The notes: generated by a model not told the origin, from the letters alone. Counted from the first letter of the whole stretch, positions 23,317 through 37,330 are shown. The stretch: DNA of 63,899 bases, filler included, from Craspedostauros australis (GCA_030167865.1; 18 parts of 18 records of this genome joined end to end with filler, not necessarily neighbours in it), one strand, 5' to 3'. A program made the numbers and translations.

Positions 23317-24114
23317 ATGTCGCTGCTGCTCGTTGCTATCATGAACAGCGCTACCCTCCTTCTCTTCATCGACCATGCCTGCATACGAGTGCAGCACGCT
23401 CACGCATTCAACTTCAACCTCATGGTACCACCAACGTTCGGCGTCGGCGCGGCTCTCTTCCCGCCCAAGAATCTGTTTACCGAAGCCAGCGACGGTGATA
23501 TTTCGAAGCTGCTGCAGGCCAGCGAGTTCTTCGTCGACGCCTTCTGGGTCGGAAAAGTGGGCGGCGGTGCCAAGAAGCTGAACTCCCGACAACGCGAAAT
23601 GCTCAAGACGAACCAATTCATGGAGTTCCGCGGACGGTACGCGGGCGTCAAGCGAGGTCAATCGGAGTTGATCGTCTGTCGCAAACTCAATCAGAACGGT
23701 AGCCATGATGCCAAAGACAACGACGTCGTGGGCTGCGCCGGCATCCAGGTCACGCCGATACCCGAAGGCAGAATGAAAGGCCCGCCGTCCGGAATCCGCG
23801 CACCGCTCATGAGCAACCTCGCCGTCAGCCGATCCTTCCGGCGTCGTGGCATCGGCGAGAAGCTTGTCAAGGAGGCGGAGCGCATCGCGCTGCGGGAATG
23901 GGGATACGACGATTGCTTCCTCTACGTGGAGAAGCGCAATCCTGCCGCCGTTAAGCTCTACAAGAAGCTCGGCTATCGAACGGTCTGGGTAGATGATACC
24001 GCCACCACCCTGTTACCGACGACCAACGGCAATCTCAAATCATCGCAGACGACGCTGCTTTGCATGAGGAAACGATTGGGCAAAGGTCTGCTTGGCCGAT
24101 TTATACCCTTTTGA
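23317..24114 (+). CDS. GNAT-family N-acetyltransferase, probably plastid-targeted
   Basis: Acetyl-CoA motif A (MSNLAVSRSFRRRGIGEKLV) and motif B (LYVEKRNPAAVKLYKKLGY). Signal peptide ends AHA|FNF. ATG 23317 is preferred over the longer ORF start. Confidence 0.9.
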   Translation: MSLLLVAIMNSATLLLFIDHACIRVQHAHAFNFNLMVPPTFGVGAALFPPKNLFTEASDGDISKLLQASEFFVDAFWVGKVGGGAKKLNSRQREMLKTNQFMEFRGRYAGVKRGQSELIVCRKLNQNGSHDAKDNDVVGCAGIQVTPIPEGRMKGPPSGIRAPLMSNLAVSRSFRRRGIGEKLVKEAERIALREWGYDDCFLYVEKRNPAAVKLYKKLGYRTVWVDDTATTLLPTTNGNLKSSQTTLLCMRKRLGKGLLGRFIPF

Positions 24115-24559
24115 ATTCAACAGAGAACATCAAACAAACAAACAAACAAACAAACAAGATCGCGCACGCGACCGCAGAGAGAGAGAGAGTACACTGCGGG
24201 TGCTGTGCTGTTCGACGGATCATACGTACTCTATGCAAGTACGTCATCACCGCAGTCACGACACTCGTAGAGCATGTTGTGCGAGTATCATGCTCATTGA
24301 ATTGTTCGGGCACTGGGCTCCTCATCTCAAGTTCTTTCCACTGAGCAATCGATAATGCCTCAATGACCATTCCTCAAATAGCAAATGCATGGATACTCTG
24401 CAATGATTCTGCGCATTCGATCCGTATCCACTTTGACGTTGTTCGTTCATGCAATGACTGGATCATATTTATGTCATATCATATCATGTGATGACGAGTG
24501 TCGGTACTCTGCCCTATTTACTCGTTCTCCGCGGAATCACCGATTCATCGTTGCAATAT

Positions 24560-27500
24560 CTAGTTTTCCTTCTCTTCGGTGATCTGTGAGGATACTTCGG
24601 AGCCCTCCTCGATCTCCTCCTGGATGCGGTTCATTGGTGCGCTGCGCACGAAGCCACGCAATCGGTTCACGACCGGGGTGTTGTCCGTGGCCTCGATATT
24701 GACGCCCGAAAGCTCGATACCGCGACTGTCCACCATCTGGCCGGCGAAGCCCTTTTGCAGGTCCTTCAGCGTGTCGCGGGAGATGCGGATGTTGTACGAT
24801 TCTCCCTTCACGATAATCTCGGCCATGACGCTGGATGGTGGAGCGAAGGAGAACATGGAAAGTGGATCGGGTCGCTTGCCCGACTTCGATTGCTTGCCGT
24901 CAGCATCGCTGTCGCCGTCACCTCCATCGTAGAAGTCATGGTCGTCCTTGGCATCCTCACCGAACAGACCACCACCGACGACGGGAGTGCTTCGCATCTT
25001 CTGACGCACGCGGCGTCGTGGCCGTGGCTTCATTTTTGGAAGTGCACTGGTACCAGTTGTGCCGATTGCGCCGCTGGTTCCCGCGGCGCCAAGACCATCG
25101 AGCGGAGCCTCCGGTTTGTCACCCGGCGTGATGGGATTCATGGCGCCCTTCTCCATCTCTCCCAGAATATCCTCGACTGTTTTCTCCTGCGTCGCCGACA
25201 GCTGCATGGTCTGCTTGCGCTCCAAGTTCTCAGAGGCTTCTGCCAGGAGACGTTGGCGGACATTGCGCTTGTGCTTCTCATTGACTTCCTCCACGATCTC
25301 CTGCACAACTCCCGGGAACCAACGCTGGACGTTGATCTTGGAGCTCTCCGGTTGGTCGATCGCAGCTTCGATCGCCGTGATGATCTGTTGGATGTACTCA
25401 TCGAGGACTTTCTGCGTGTCTCCATTCTGCGTGACTTCGATGGTTCCCTTTGCGTACACCTCGTTGACGAGGGTGGTGTTGATACCACGTGGACACCAGG
25501 CGCGGTGATCAATCACCTCCAATCCTTGCTGCGAAATTGAAAAACAAAATGGCGGCGGTGTTGGTGGTGGTGTGCAAGTAAATTGGCAGGTTCATTCAGC
25601 AAAGCATTGTGAGAACAAGGTGTATGGCAAATCGGAGAGCATTTTGTGTGCAAAGAGCAAATACCATCAGCGTCATAACCAGCACATCATGCTTGCTTGG
25701 CTGTTTGTCAGTCAGTGAAAAGGTTGCACATGTCCGTACCTTGGCCATGCAGAGCATGATATTGTTCATCAATCCCCATCGGGACTCCGACTGCGTCTGG
25801 ATGCACAGGAAGACGGAGGATTTGTTCTGGATGGATTCGATGAGATCAACGCCCGCGTTGTGTTGGATGGATCCCAAGTTGTGCTTACGATCCATCTCTT
25901 CCTCTGCTGCCAACGCGACCACTTCTTCGGCCTTCTTGTTGTAGTAGGAGATCGTGAATCGCAGCAGGAATGGTGGCAGGATGGTGCTGAGCAGGACGGC
26001 GAGCACGACGCTGGCGTAGAGCTCCTCGTCGATGAGACCTTGATCGACCGCGAAGACGGCGATGACAAAGGCGAATTCTCCCTCTGCGGCCATGGAGAAG
26101 CCGGTGATGAGACAATCTCTGAGATGGAAGCCCGTGAATTTTCCAGACTGCGTGAAGTTGGGCACCATGAAACCTACGGCGAGCTTGCCGAGCAGGGCCA
26201 AGGTGAAGACGAGACCCTGCCAGATGACCGTGCCGCTGCCGAAGTCCTGGATGGGCACCTGGAAGCCGATGCTGGCGGCGAAGAAGATTCTCATGAGCCA
26301 CTGCATGACGCGTTTGAATTGTCGCACGAAGGTGACGTGGAGTTCATGAGACGTGCAGAAGGCGAGCCCGGCCAGGAAGGCGCCCATGAGGTAGCTGGCC
26401 TTGCCGTAGAACGTCGCTGGCATCAAGACAAGGACGAGTGCCCACATGATGGACATCTCGATCCTGCCGTGATATTCCTCCGAGAAGTGCACGAGGATAG
26501 ATGTTTTGATGATCCCCGGCAAGATGAAGATGGCGACGTAACCGCCGATGGTGAGGAAAGCGACGGCGGAGACGATCGGGATGAGGATGCCAGCGGCAGT
26601 GATTTCTCCCGTAAGAGCCTCGAGCTGAGAGAGGACGACGAGGGCGATCATGTCATCGATGACGGCGGCCGAAATGATGAGCTGTCCCACCGGCGTGTTG
26701 AGAATTCCACCACCGCGCAAGATGTTGAGGGCGATACCCAGCGAGGTTGGTCCGAAGACGGCACCGGCCGCAATGACTCCCTTGGTATCATCAACGCCGA
26801 TGAGGTAGGCGATGAGCATTCCAAGTCCGATGGGCAACACGGAACCAAAGAAGGCAATGAGGAAACCTCTGGTTCCGATCAATTTCAGCGTCGACAAATC
26901 GATGTCGATGCCAGCCTCCAGCACGAGCAGGACCAGTCTGTTTGTGCATCGTATAATACGTATGTAAATCAAGTAGAGCAGGGCAGAACAGAACAGCAGA
27001 GTATTTTTGTTTGCATCGTGTGCCGCAGGTAATTGTGCGAATGTGTGCGCATTGGTAGATGAATTGGAAGCCACAGTCGTATCGCGTTGTGATTGCCATC
27101 GGAATTGAATGCAACGCAAGCCAAATTATTCGTGTGGGCAGATGCAGATGTAGATGTTTGGATGCGTAATTGGATGGATGGATGTGAACAAAGGGAAAGA
27201 GGAAATGTCAGCTTGGGCAGTTTCGTGTTTTTCGCAAGTCATGGACGTGGACATGGACGTCATCGATACGATGCGATCACTCATGCATACAGCGCAATAC
27301 AGCACAGGACAACACAATACAGCACAACGAGAGTGCATAATAGGTGGAGCAATGTGTGCGAACTCACCCGACTTCACCCAATAGCACCCACGCTTCTGGG
27401 TTGGGGACAAAATCGATGAGCTGAGGACCAAAGATGATACCGCAGACGATCTCCCCGACGAGGGAGGGCATCTTGAGGATGTTCGCAATCTGGCCACTGA

Positions 27501-27654
27501 CGTAGATGAGCGCCAGGAAGGCAAAGCCGTTGAATAGATCTTCGTATTCGATGTGGACTCCAAAGGAGCTGTGGCCATCGTCGCCGTGGCTGTCATCGCC
27601 GGCCAGCACCCGCGATGTGGTGCTCCACAGCCAGTCATGTGTAATTGCGGACAT
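24560..27654 (-). CDS. CPA2-type monovalent cation/H+ antiporter (3 exons: 27654-27368, 26937-25740, 25528-24560)
   Basis: Motifs PSLVGEIVCGIIFGP, LGEVG|LVLLVLEAG, PTSLGI, AAVIDDMIAL, MGAFLAG, FFAASIG and EGEFAFVI. Both introns (27367-26938, 25739-25529) are GT-AG and keep the frame. Confidence 0.92.
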
Positions 27655-30600
27655 GATCGGTCAACGAGATGGAGCGAAGTATGGCAGGGTGCTGCGTTCC
27701 TTTGGTTTGTGCTTGCGTGCGAGATGTGTGATCTTGTGCAATGCGAGCCTCGGATGATGGATCGCTGCTGTTGGGAGATGCGAAAACAGCAGATGATTCG
27801 TAGAGTGGAGTAGAGTATTGGTGGAATAATGAGAGCAGAACAGAGCAGAGAGAGGAGACAGATTTCGGCGTGGTCGCTGGTGTGGCTGCGAAGCTTCTGT
27901 TTCTGTTGCGGGAGCGGTTGGCTTTATGACTCCAACGGCGCGATCGTCTTCTGCGGTTGTCCGTGAAAAGTAGATTTCGTTCGGTGAACTTATTCCGTCG
28001 CGTACGCTTTGTGTTGAATGCCAAATATAAAAATAGTTCTGCAGTTGGCAATGATCGTTTGCTCTGATCTGCTCTGCTTGGGAGGTTTGCTCAGATGCGA
28101 TACCACAATCTCCAACTGGAATAATTGGCAGATGGCGAGAGTCGGCAAATGGTGAACGGTGGCTCTGTCAGCAACCTTCCCTCTTGGTGGTTTGTTCTAT
28201 TGTAGAATACGACTATTATTCTTTGATCGTTGATGGAGTGGTCGCAGGTTCCCCTGTTGTCGTCGTGCAGGGGATCTTTTTGTGGACTCTGGAGAGGGAG
28301 GGAGGTGTCAACGCTGATGTTGCTCCTGCAGAATTCAATCTTGGGGCGATACGGTGGCGCGATGGTGAAATGGCGTTGCTCGTAATTATGTGATTCCCCG
28401 CGTGTGATGGATGTGATGGGTGGAATGGATGGGATGATCCAGTGGCTGATGTTGGTGGAGGAGTTCGACCAAGTGTTGGTAGAGCTGACCTGTTCTCTTT
28501 CCCTCTTGTCTTCTTGGTCGATTGGTCAGATTTTCCCAGCCTTGTGTGGATGAGACAGCAGAGATTGCGTTGTGATGTCTCTTGTTGCTGTCGGTGCTGT
28601 TGCTGTTGCTGTTGTTGTTGTCGGCTTTCGTCGCGAGGAAAATGCAATGACAAGTGTCATCTCTCCAACACCCAACGTGCTTCCTCTTCACAAAACAGGT
28701 GTGGAAGTGGCGATCAAACCTGTTGGCATTCAGTCTGGCTTGCGATGACGATACAAGGCCCTTGTCTCGTGTTGGGACGGTCACTATGACGGTCCTGTGC
28801 GGAATTCGGTCGTTCGTTTCTTGTGTTCTGTGGCCATCGCGAAGTGGGAAAGTGCAACATCAGCACTCCAACTTCCCCCATTTATGTTGTACTTTCGCCC
28901 CCTCCTTAATTCCCCGAATCTTGTGCAAGTGGGTGACATCACCAGCTAATCCCCGAAGAATAGACGTCAGGACTCAGGCTCCCGATTGAAGTACTGAATT
29001 AAACCTATCCAAAGATTGAGAACAACTGGTCATTTCAAAGAATGTCGCAATCGTGACTCTCGGGAATGAAATGTCTCTGTGCACGTTCACAAGACATCCC
29101 GCATTCGTCCATGTCGCTCCACACAAGAACACCACAATTCGCTGACGAAAATGGCCCAAGTCGCAACAGCAACCGCGGTGGTGACACCAACGCAATGGCT
29201 GTACCTTTGGAAAACCGCCGCGTTGATGACGAAGCGTCGGAGATGGCATGCAATGGGCAGCGAGCAATGGGAAATGAGCGATGGGAGAACACAGTTGTGC
29301 ACCAGCCACTTGAGGGTTTCGAGACAACATCTGACATCGCGGGATGTTCCGCTCTTCGATCTTGTTTGAAGCACAGAACAACACAGGTAATGTCCTTTCC
29401 CGCTCCCGCAGGTCACCATCTCTCTTGTGCGCTTTGATAGTACCTACGTCAGTTGTCACCGACCGCTCTGCCGCCTCCAGGCCCCGTTCCAGATGCGATC
29501 TCGCAGCACCCCATCCTGCGCATGGTATACGAGCTACTCGCGCAGCATGGCCCTCTGTTGATGCCCCACATCCAAGGAAGCCTCCCTTTTCAACAGCATG
29601 GTGCTGTTGCCGACAATAGAAGTGTGCATGGTAGAGTCAGTAGAGTTGGAAGATACCATACACCTCCCTCTCTCTCTCTCTCTCTCTCTGGGGCATGATC
29701 CAAGTCCAAGAGACTGGCAGCATCGTCGCCATCACCGTCGTTGTCGACGCAGCATGTTGGCGTGGAACCCTTGGGACCAAGGGGAGTTCCAACTTCACAA
29801 GCTACTTCTTGGCTCGCATGTGTAAAACATACCTGTAGGTACAGATTTGCGAGTAGCAAGATAGGTCTTGGCGCGTTGTGGTAGGGTCTCACACAAGATT
29901 CTCATTGGTCGTGGGATCACCTGCCTCTGGTGTCCGGAGTGCCAATTGATGCCAAAGCCATTGATGCCCATCACAACCATGACCGCACGATCAGAACCGC
30001 CAGCATCTTCACATCACTCCAATTCTTCTTCTTCTTCGGCCCTTCGTGTAGCGCAGCAGAGGGAGAGAGTACCTTTCGTGGTAGTATCAGCACCAGCACC
30101 AACTACAGCGACTGCCGGATTCAATGCTCGGACCATACTCTCCCTTTGGATAATCTCTGCCTGAAGATCGATAGGACGTCATGATCAGCAGCAGTTTTCT
30201 GAGCTTTCGCTTGTCCAAGCATTCTCGCTCATGCAGCGCGCCAAATCCGAACGCGTACGTTCGATCATGTTATGAGAAGCCAAATGAACTGGCCTCGTCA
30301 GACGCACATCGTGTGAAGCGGAGTAGCCGCACGGCAGCATTCTCTCGCCCATGTGATGAAGTTAGAAGTCTTCTGTGATGGCATCTCCTCTCAAGTTTTG
30401 TCGCTCTCTCTCCCCCTCTTCCTCTATGTGTCTGCTGCCGCGCTCATGCAAATCGGAACCGTTCATTGGCACCAAGCGAGAGGTGTGCGACCTGTTGCTA
30501 TTTGTGCTGACGCTGATGTTGATGCCGCCAACAGCACCTGCGGAAGTTGACACCCATGCGATCAATGAATGGCGAAGCATCCTCGATCCGGCCTGGATCG

Positions 30601-31281
30601 CTTCAGTCTGGTCCACTTCTAACCCAAGCCCACACATGGATGACTGTGATGTTGCCGCAGTTGTCGTCGCGCGCGCGGATGCGGATACGGATGCAAGAGA
30701 GTGATACTCTTCTGCCCATGCCACCACGCATACTATTCCATGACCATTGTTAGGACTCTATGCATTCGTACATTGTGAAAGCATTTGTGCCTATTATATT
30801 ACATATCTTTGGCTTGCTCTACATTGCTGCGCTTCCATTGAAACGAAAGGGTGACCAATTGGATGGTCTCGTGAGTGATGGGCGGAAAGATCCTTTGCCG
30901 CTGTTTGTTCTGTTGCTTCAGAACAGTTGTTCCACCCTCTTTGATCAACACGGGTGCAGGTGTGATTTGAGGCGTCTTGCCTGCGAGCCACTGCATCCTG
31001 TCCAATTCATCGTCATCGCTTTTTATCTTTGTGCAGTGCAGCATCTCATGTTGTGGTATGCTGTTGCAGCACGGTATCACATGGACTGCGTACCAGTACC
31101 AATAGTTCGGGCTGTGTCCATCGCGCAGTGCTTCACACACTGCGTCGGATCACCGCCCGTTGTTGCATCCTCCTCATATCTTTTTCTCATGCGCCTGGTA
31201 TGCTGGTCCGTTTGCATGCTCATCTGATGTGCTGTGTGTTCAGTGAGTGAGGAGGATGTAGCATCCGGTCCATCCTCAGCT

Positions 31282-32754
31282 TCAGCAGGTGTAGTGCGTC
31301 ATGTGAGACGTTTTGATCTTCTTCGCCTGTGGGAATGTGCAACGTGCTTGGAATGCGTCTCTACCCCGCACCGCGGACGGTGGTTCCGTGGGGTGTGCCG
31401 AAACCTGCTTGGGTTGGCGGGTGACGGTTGGTCGTCGCGTTCCCATGTAATTGACAAACAGACACAATGGTGCCTTGCGCCTGCGCGGTGGCGGCAGTGC
31501 GGCCGGAACGAATGCAGCGTACTGCTTGCGAAGGTACTGCTTGGCGGCAGGTGTGACCTGATCCAGGTACTTGACCTGCGTGCATGGGAAGTGACGCTGA
31601 GGGGGTGCCTGCACACACGGTCGCGTCTGGAGACGGCGCTGCGCCTGCGCCTGTGCATGTGCTTGCTGATGACCTTGGTATTGACGTTGTTGTTGGTGCT
31701 GCTTCTGTTGCTGCGAAGCATGCATCTGGTTTGATCGAGATCTGTGCTTCTGCTGCTGGTGCTGCTGGGGGTGATGCTGTGGAAGATAGTGCTGCTTTCG
31801 GAACCTTGGCTGGCTTGCCAGGTACTGGCGCTGCGCAAGGTGGTATTGGCGATATTGCTGGTGGTGATGTTGTTGGTGTTGTTGATGCTGCTTGTGGCTG
31901 TGGCTGTGGCTGTGGCAATGGCCATGGCTGTGGTAATGAGGGTGGTCTGGGTAGTATCGCGGAGCCGATGCTGGCACAGCTGCTGCCGACTGGGCAGGCT
32001 GCTGGCTTCGACCTGCCACTGGACCAGCGGCGACGGCAGCTGTGGAAATGGATGCCGGAATTGCGGGTGCGCTGATTGACGGCCTTGGAGCAGACGTCAG
32101 TGTCCTCTGGACCGGCGCTGGCGTGACTGTTGGTGGCGGAGGTGTCACCTCGTGCTGTCGCAGAACGGACGATCGTTGTTCCGCAATCGGCGTCACAGGT
32201 GCCGTCGGCATCCCCCGTGCTTCCTTGGGCGCTGTTGCTGTTGCCGCTGCCGCTGCTGTTGCCGCGTCGATGGGAAGCGAACAAGCGCTGTGATCGCTAT
32301 GGTCGCTGTTGCCGCTGGCGAAGGTGTTCTCGTTCTCATTCTCACCCTCAGTCTCGCCGTCGCTGGTCTCCGCGTTGATCGCAGCATCGATATCAGCGTC
32401 GACGTGGACGGCTCCATCCATGTTGATGTCCTCGTGGATGTCGTCCTCGTGGATATCATCGTGGTCTTCATCTCCGGCGAACTCCGCAATGTCGTTCTCG
32501 CTCATGGTGTCATCTGGCGATGAGAAGAGCAGGGAGTCATCGCCATCGTCGTCGCTGTCCTGGCGAAGCAGGGCGTTGTGGTGCGAAGGGTGGTCCGACG
32601 ATGTCCATTCGCCGAGCAGCGCGGACATCATCATCATGTCGTCGTTCATCGATGTGGCTGAAGATATCGATGCTGAAGGGATTGCGGCACCTGGCGAGGC
32701 GACAGCTGACGCGGTTGTTGGAGCTGCCGTCGGTGGCAGGGCTGCTGTGCTCAT
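31282..32754 (-). CDS. Hypothetical intrinsically disordered protein (acidic, A/P-rich, then Q/H-rich)
   Basis: 490-codon ORF from ATG 32754 with coherent compositional blocks. No recognisable domain. Confidence 0.55.
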   Translation of the reverse strand: MSTAALPPTAAPTTASAVASPGAAIPSASISSATSMNDDMMMMSALLGEWTSSDHPSHHNALLRQDSDDDGDDSLLFSSPDDTMSENDIAEFAGDEDHDDIHEDDIHEDINMDGAVHVDADIDAAINAETSDGETEGENENENTFASGNSDHSDHSACSLPIDAATAAAAATATAPKEARGMPTAPVTPIAEQRSSVLRQHEVTPPPPTVTPAPVQRTLTSAPRPSISAPAIPASISTAAVAAGPVAGRSQQPAQSAAAVPASAPRYYPDHPHYHSHGHCHSHSHSHKQHQQHQQHHHQQYRQYHLAQRQYLASQPRFRKQHYLPQHHPQQHQQQKHRSRSNQMHASQQQKQHQQQRQYQGHQQAHAQAQAQRRLQTRPCVQAPPQRHFPCTQVKYLDQVTPAAKQYLRKQYAAFVPAALPPPRRRKAPLCLFVNYMGTRRPTVTRQPKQVSAHPTEPPSAVRGRDAFQARCTFPQAKKIKTSHMTHYTC

Positions 32755-35700
32755 GTTCTTGCGTGGTTGCGTCTTTCCTCTGATGCGACAATACTGCTCT
32801 GTACGAAAGCTGATTGATCTTTGGGACGAATGCGCAAGTGTGTGGCTGGGTTGGTGTGCGTATGAATAGAGAGAGAGAGAGGACGCGATGGAATGGAATG
32901 GCAGATGCAAGATGTGCGGATGCGAATGGTGGCAGAGTGAGGGAATTTATGTGCACAACGGCAGCAGCCACGAGAGAGGAAACTTCCTGGCTCTGGCTCT
33001 GGCTCTGGCTCTGGTGCTGCTGGTGCTGCTGGTGCTGTTGGTGGTGGAAGTACGTTGTTGTGGTTCCTCCTTGGCGTGTTCCAACACAGCAAAGTCAACG
33101 AGAGGAAGAATGATCTTTGGTGCTGTGGCTGGGGTACGATTATTCTGTTCCGCGTTGCAAGTATCCGCTTTTGTCTTTGTGTCACAGCGCCATTCTCTCT
33201 CTCTCTCTCTCTCGCAGTAGTGGTACATACGGGGCCGCTCCACTAATCCACGAACATGTACCATGCGCGCGTCCGCTTCGCGTCTTGTCGCCTTGTTATG
33301 CTTGCTGTCTTGTACGGATGTGTGTTGTGTTGACGCGGCCAAACAAGACCAGAGAGGGATGCGCGCGGGGGGTTTTAAATCTTTGCTTCTCTGCGGTGGA
33401 AGGCGAAGAACGTCCAGAGCGCGTTACCCGGACTACGAACTACCCACAGTAAGACCATGTGTTGAGAGAAATAGCAGTACGAGATGAGCAGACACGCGGG
33501 TGTTCTGCGCGTATTGCCACCAGAAGCAGACCCGCCCAGGTCAACGGTGTGACAACACGGAAAGTGCAAAGGCCCACACGAGAACTATTAACGTTTTTAG
33601 TCCAACATCCTGTCTTGTTTCAAATGATGTCTGTGGACGGAGTCGGAACGGCCAACAAAACAATTATGCCGACAGTCTTGTTTCTATCAAATGGATGACC
33701 AAGCTGCCCCAATAGTATCAAATTTGCGAAAATGACTCTTCACACCACCAGTCTGCGACCAGGATTGGATCTCGAGGCTCACAAAAGAAAACAGTGCTCA
33801 AAGCACAACATGGCACAACGACGCGATCTGATGGAGGCATCATCATCATCGTCGTCGTCGTCGTCGTCGTCATGACGGATCCAGGAGAAAGAGGAAGCAA
33901 GCCAACGCAACGAGCCTTCCGATTGCTTCCAACCAAGGAGAGGCACGAGACGCGGGGGTCACTTTTGAAGTGGAATACTCGCAGAGTATTAGTTGACATA
34001 GCGATCATGATTGACATGAAACATCAGCAGTCATCGCGGTTCGTTGTTGTCTATCACTCTGCCATACTACTTCGCGTCCGATCCACTCCATCTCATCCCG
34101 AGCAGCAGCTCCTCACAGGACATTGGCGACAAGGATGATTGGTCCGCTGCGCGCGCTTTGATACTTGGTGCATACACGGATGAGAGTACGATCAGCATCT
34201 TCGCCGGTATCCGGCTGCATCCTGCGTCGCGCTTGCCGGATCGCCCGAACCTCCAAGTCCTCATCTTTCTCGCGGTCCTTCTCCTCCTCATCCGCACGCA
34301 GCACTCGTGCGAGTATTGCAAATATAATAGAGCGGACCGATCACGCCCCTCACACGATGAGCCGGCAAGGCAGGCATGCCACAGAAGCGGATAACAACTG
34401 CTGCTGTTGCCGCTGCTGCCGGCAGTGTATACACGTTCGAGTAGCGCTGGCTTTGTGTTGCTCGTCTCATCTAATCCCGGCCGTGGATCTCACAGCCTGC
34501 GAACGCTCGCAATGGAGGCACTGCTACCGCCATGCCGACTCTCGCGATGGACAATTTGGATTGGCGCGCAGGAGCCGAATGCTCCGTTGGCGCGAGGAAG
34601 ACAAAGGCGAAAACTCTCTCCCGAAAAAAGAAAAAAAAACAGTTGTCCCATTCGCGCCGTGGGCCCATCGCGCAGTACCGCGAACATTTTGTGTGCCAAA
34701 TTCGTTCATGTTGGCGTTGTGGTTGTCGCGTCTACGTGTGGCTGGTTGGTTGGTTGGTCGGTCAGCATGGCCCTGCGCAAGCCCGAGATCCGCCCAGCAC
34801 GTGTGGCAACGCCAAGGCGGCGTTGCTCGCGATGACCAAAGAAGAAAAAGGACCGGCCAAATCCTTGGTGCCATGTCCTGCCTGGCCCGTCACTGTTTCT
34901 CGAGATGCAACAAAAGCAGATGGCAACGAGGGCACCAGGTTGCACTTCCTCATCCCCTGGCGTATCACAACCACCGAATAGACACTTTCATGGCCAGCAG
35001 TGACACACATGAGAGCGCTCACATTGGCGTCGCCATACCAAACGCCATCATCATCACCATCATCGTGATCAGGACCACCATCGTGATCATTCTCTGTATC
35101 CGTATCTGTAGCGACACCACCAACTTCCATCCTCCACATCTACTATCAGTGCGGCACAGGAAGCACTGCCAGGATCGGAACAAGGGCCCCACAGACGTGA
35201 TGGAGAGAAGGAGGAGGAATCAGGAGTACAAGGGCGCGCCATTCTCTCTTGCACCAGTCCCAACAGAGCCTGCTCTCCCACTCCCTGGCTACGTGTCCAA
35301 GGGCGCCCCAAGTGCAAAGAGCGAGAAAGGAAGAACTCTTTTTCCCTGTCTGCCGCGCGTCGTGTTGATCTGCTGGGCCTTTCATGAAGCGACTTTCTCA
35401 TCGATTGTTCCAGAGTATCGTCCGCAGAGGGAACACCTAGGCGACGTGGTGCGGCATGCCTGGCGCAGGAGAACAAAAAGCACCTCGTCGTGCAGGTATC
35501 CATCTGCACAGGTACCAAATGCCTCGGATGCCTGCAATTGCAACATCGCTGGATGGATGTGTGGACGTTTGTGCCCTTGTTTTGGTCACCAGGGAGGCTC
35601 CAGTCTCGATCTTCTGCGTCTTGGATACAATGTGCTTCGTTCATCCCACTCAATTGAAGAATAGAGTGCTCCAGCCTTAATTGCGACTTAACTCGATGCT

Positions 35701-37330
35701 TGTTACGAGCATGGCATGGTACTCGTACCGGTGCTGCCCATGTGAGCACCCCACAGACGCCAACAGAGTGCAATAGAGTAGAGTAGAGTAGAGCACTCTA
35801 CTCGCCTTCATCCGTATCTTGTCAGTTAGAGAAGGGCACCACCGTCCTGACCCCAAAGTCTTCACGATCTCCGCCTCCACCTCCACCTCCATCACTTAGA
35901 TCAAGATCACACACAGCAGTCAAAGGCATCCTCCGCTGCTCGCCGCCTCTCTGCCTGGTCGTGATCCTATTCGTACGCGCACTTGTACCATACCATATTC
36001 GCAGAATGAGCATGGTGGCACAGATCTTCCCGCCCGCATCCTCCGCCAACACGTAGCCATCTTCCCCTGCAACGGTGCCGATCCATGTCTTGATCCTCAT
36101 CCCACGATCACAACCACAACCACAACTACAACCACAATCACGATCATGGTCTCCACCAACGGTACCATCGACGCCAACAAAAGGCGAGCGGCAGCCACCT
36201 TTGTTGACGGAATCGTGTGCCTTTTTCGTTGTGACAACTCGGACAGCCTAAACAAACAAAGAACATTCATCGCGGACTGTTATATCCGTTAGCACAAGTG
36301 TACACCATTGTCCGTAAACGGGAATGGTACATCGGAATGTTTGATATACCACTTCAGAGATAAGGAGAAACGAATCACGCTCCTCAATCGCGTGACTACG
36401 ATTGGTGGAAACTCGGACGGTTTGACTCGATGAAGGACAACCTATAGCGGATAACTATGTCGAACAGTATTGATGTCCTTTATAAAGAAACCACGGAATT
36501 GGTATATGTATGTATATTGTATACTAGTATCTAGATACAACCATCAAATCAAGACCGTGATTCAATTGAGACGTACTCATATAGGCCTTCTGCACTCATG
36601 TAATCGATGGGATCTAATGGATCAATCGTGCTGTCTAACCGTCAACCGCTTCCGAAAAGAAGAATGGAAGATGGCTGACCATGAAGAGAGGAGAACGAAA
36701 CAAGCAAAAAGGCTTGACACCGCGATTCCTCCCAACCTGCCTCGTCTTGGCCATCGATGGATGTGACGTGTCCGCATGAGCAAGGTGCATCAGAGGACTG
36801 CGTCTTGCCACACAACGCAACGCCAGGCAACACTTCCCTCCTCCGTCTCTGCAGTCTCTCCTTTCCGAGTGGTATGGTACGTATTGGTGAAGCACATCAG
36901 TGTGTGAGTGTGTACGAAATGCTCGACTCTGTGATAGGTTGAGTAGTCGTATGTATTGGGATAGACAAGCAAAGCAAACAACTTACGACAATGGGCCGCA
37001 TTGATTTCAGCATCTCCTGCGGTTTAGCATGTTGCAGCAACTCTTCCATGCAACACCATTCTCAACTCAATCCACCTTGTAGCATAATATTAAATCGACT
37101 CTGACACCTCCTACTACATACGGGTAACTCGTAATCCACGCTCCGCGCCATGTTGTTTCCTGTTTCTGGAAGATGAAGTTCGGATTGGCCAGCGGGAGGA
37201 TGACCTGGATGTTGATCTGATCCTACTGGCGTTGCTGCTGTCAAACCTGTATTGTTCTCCAATTCGTTCACCATTTTGTTGGTTGTCTAAACGGCAGCAG
37301 TCCTCTTGTGTCAATCAGTACTGTATTAGT

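Noticed and set aside
19871..27032. Antisense ORFs over the DUF4336, GNAT and antiporter genes (for example 19871-21070, 25860-27032)
   Set aside because: Expected from GC3-biased codon usage on the opposite strand, and they carry no motifs.
34165..35664. 499-aa ORF
   Set aside because: No ATG start, no domain, and a C/R/S-rich composition typical of a chance ORF in GC-rich intergenic DNA.
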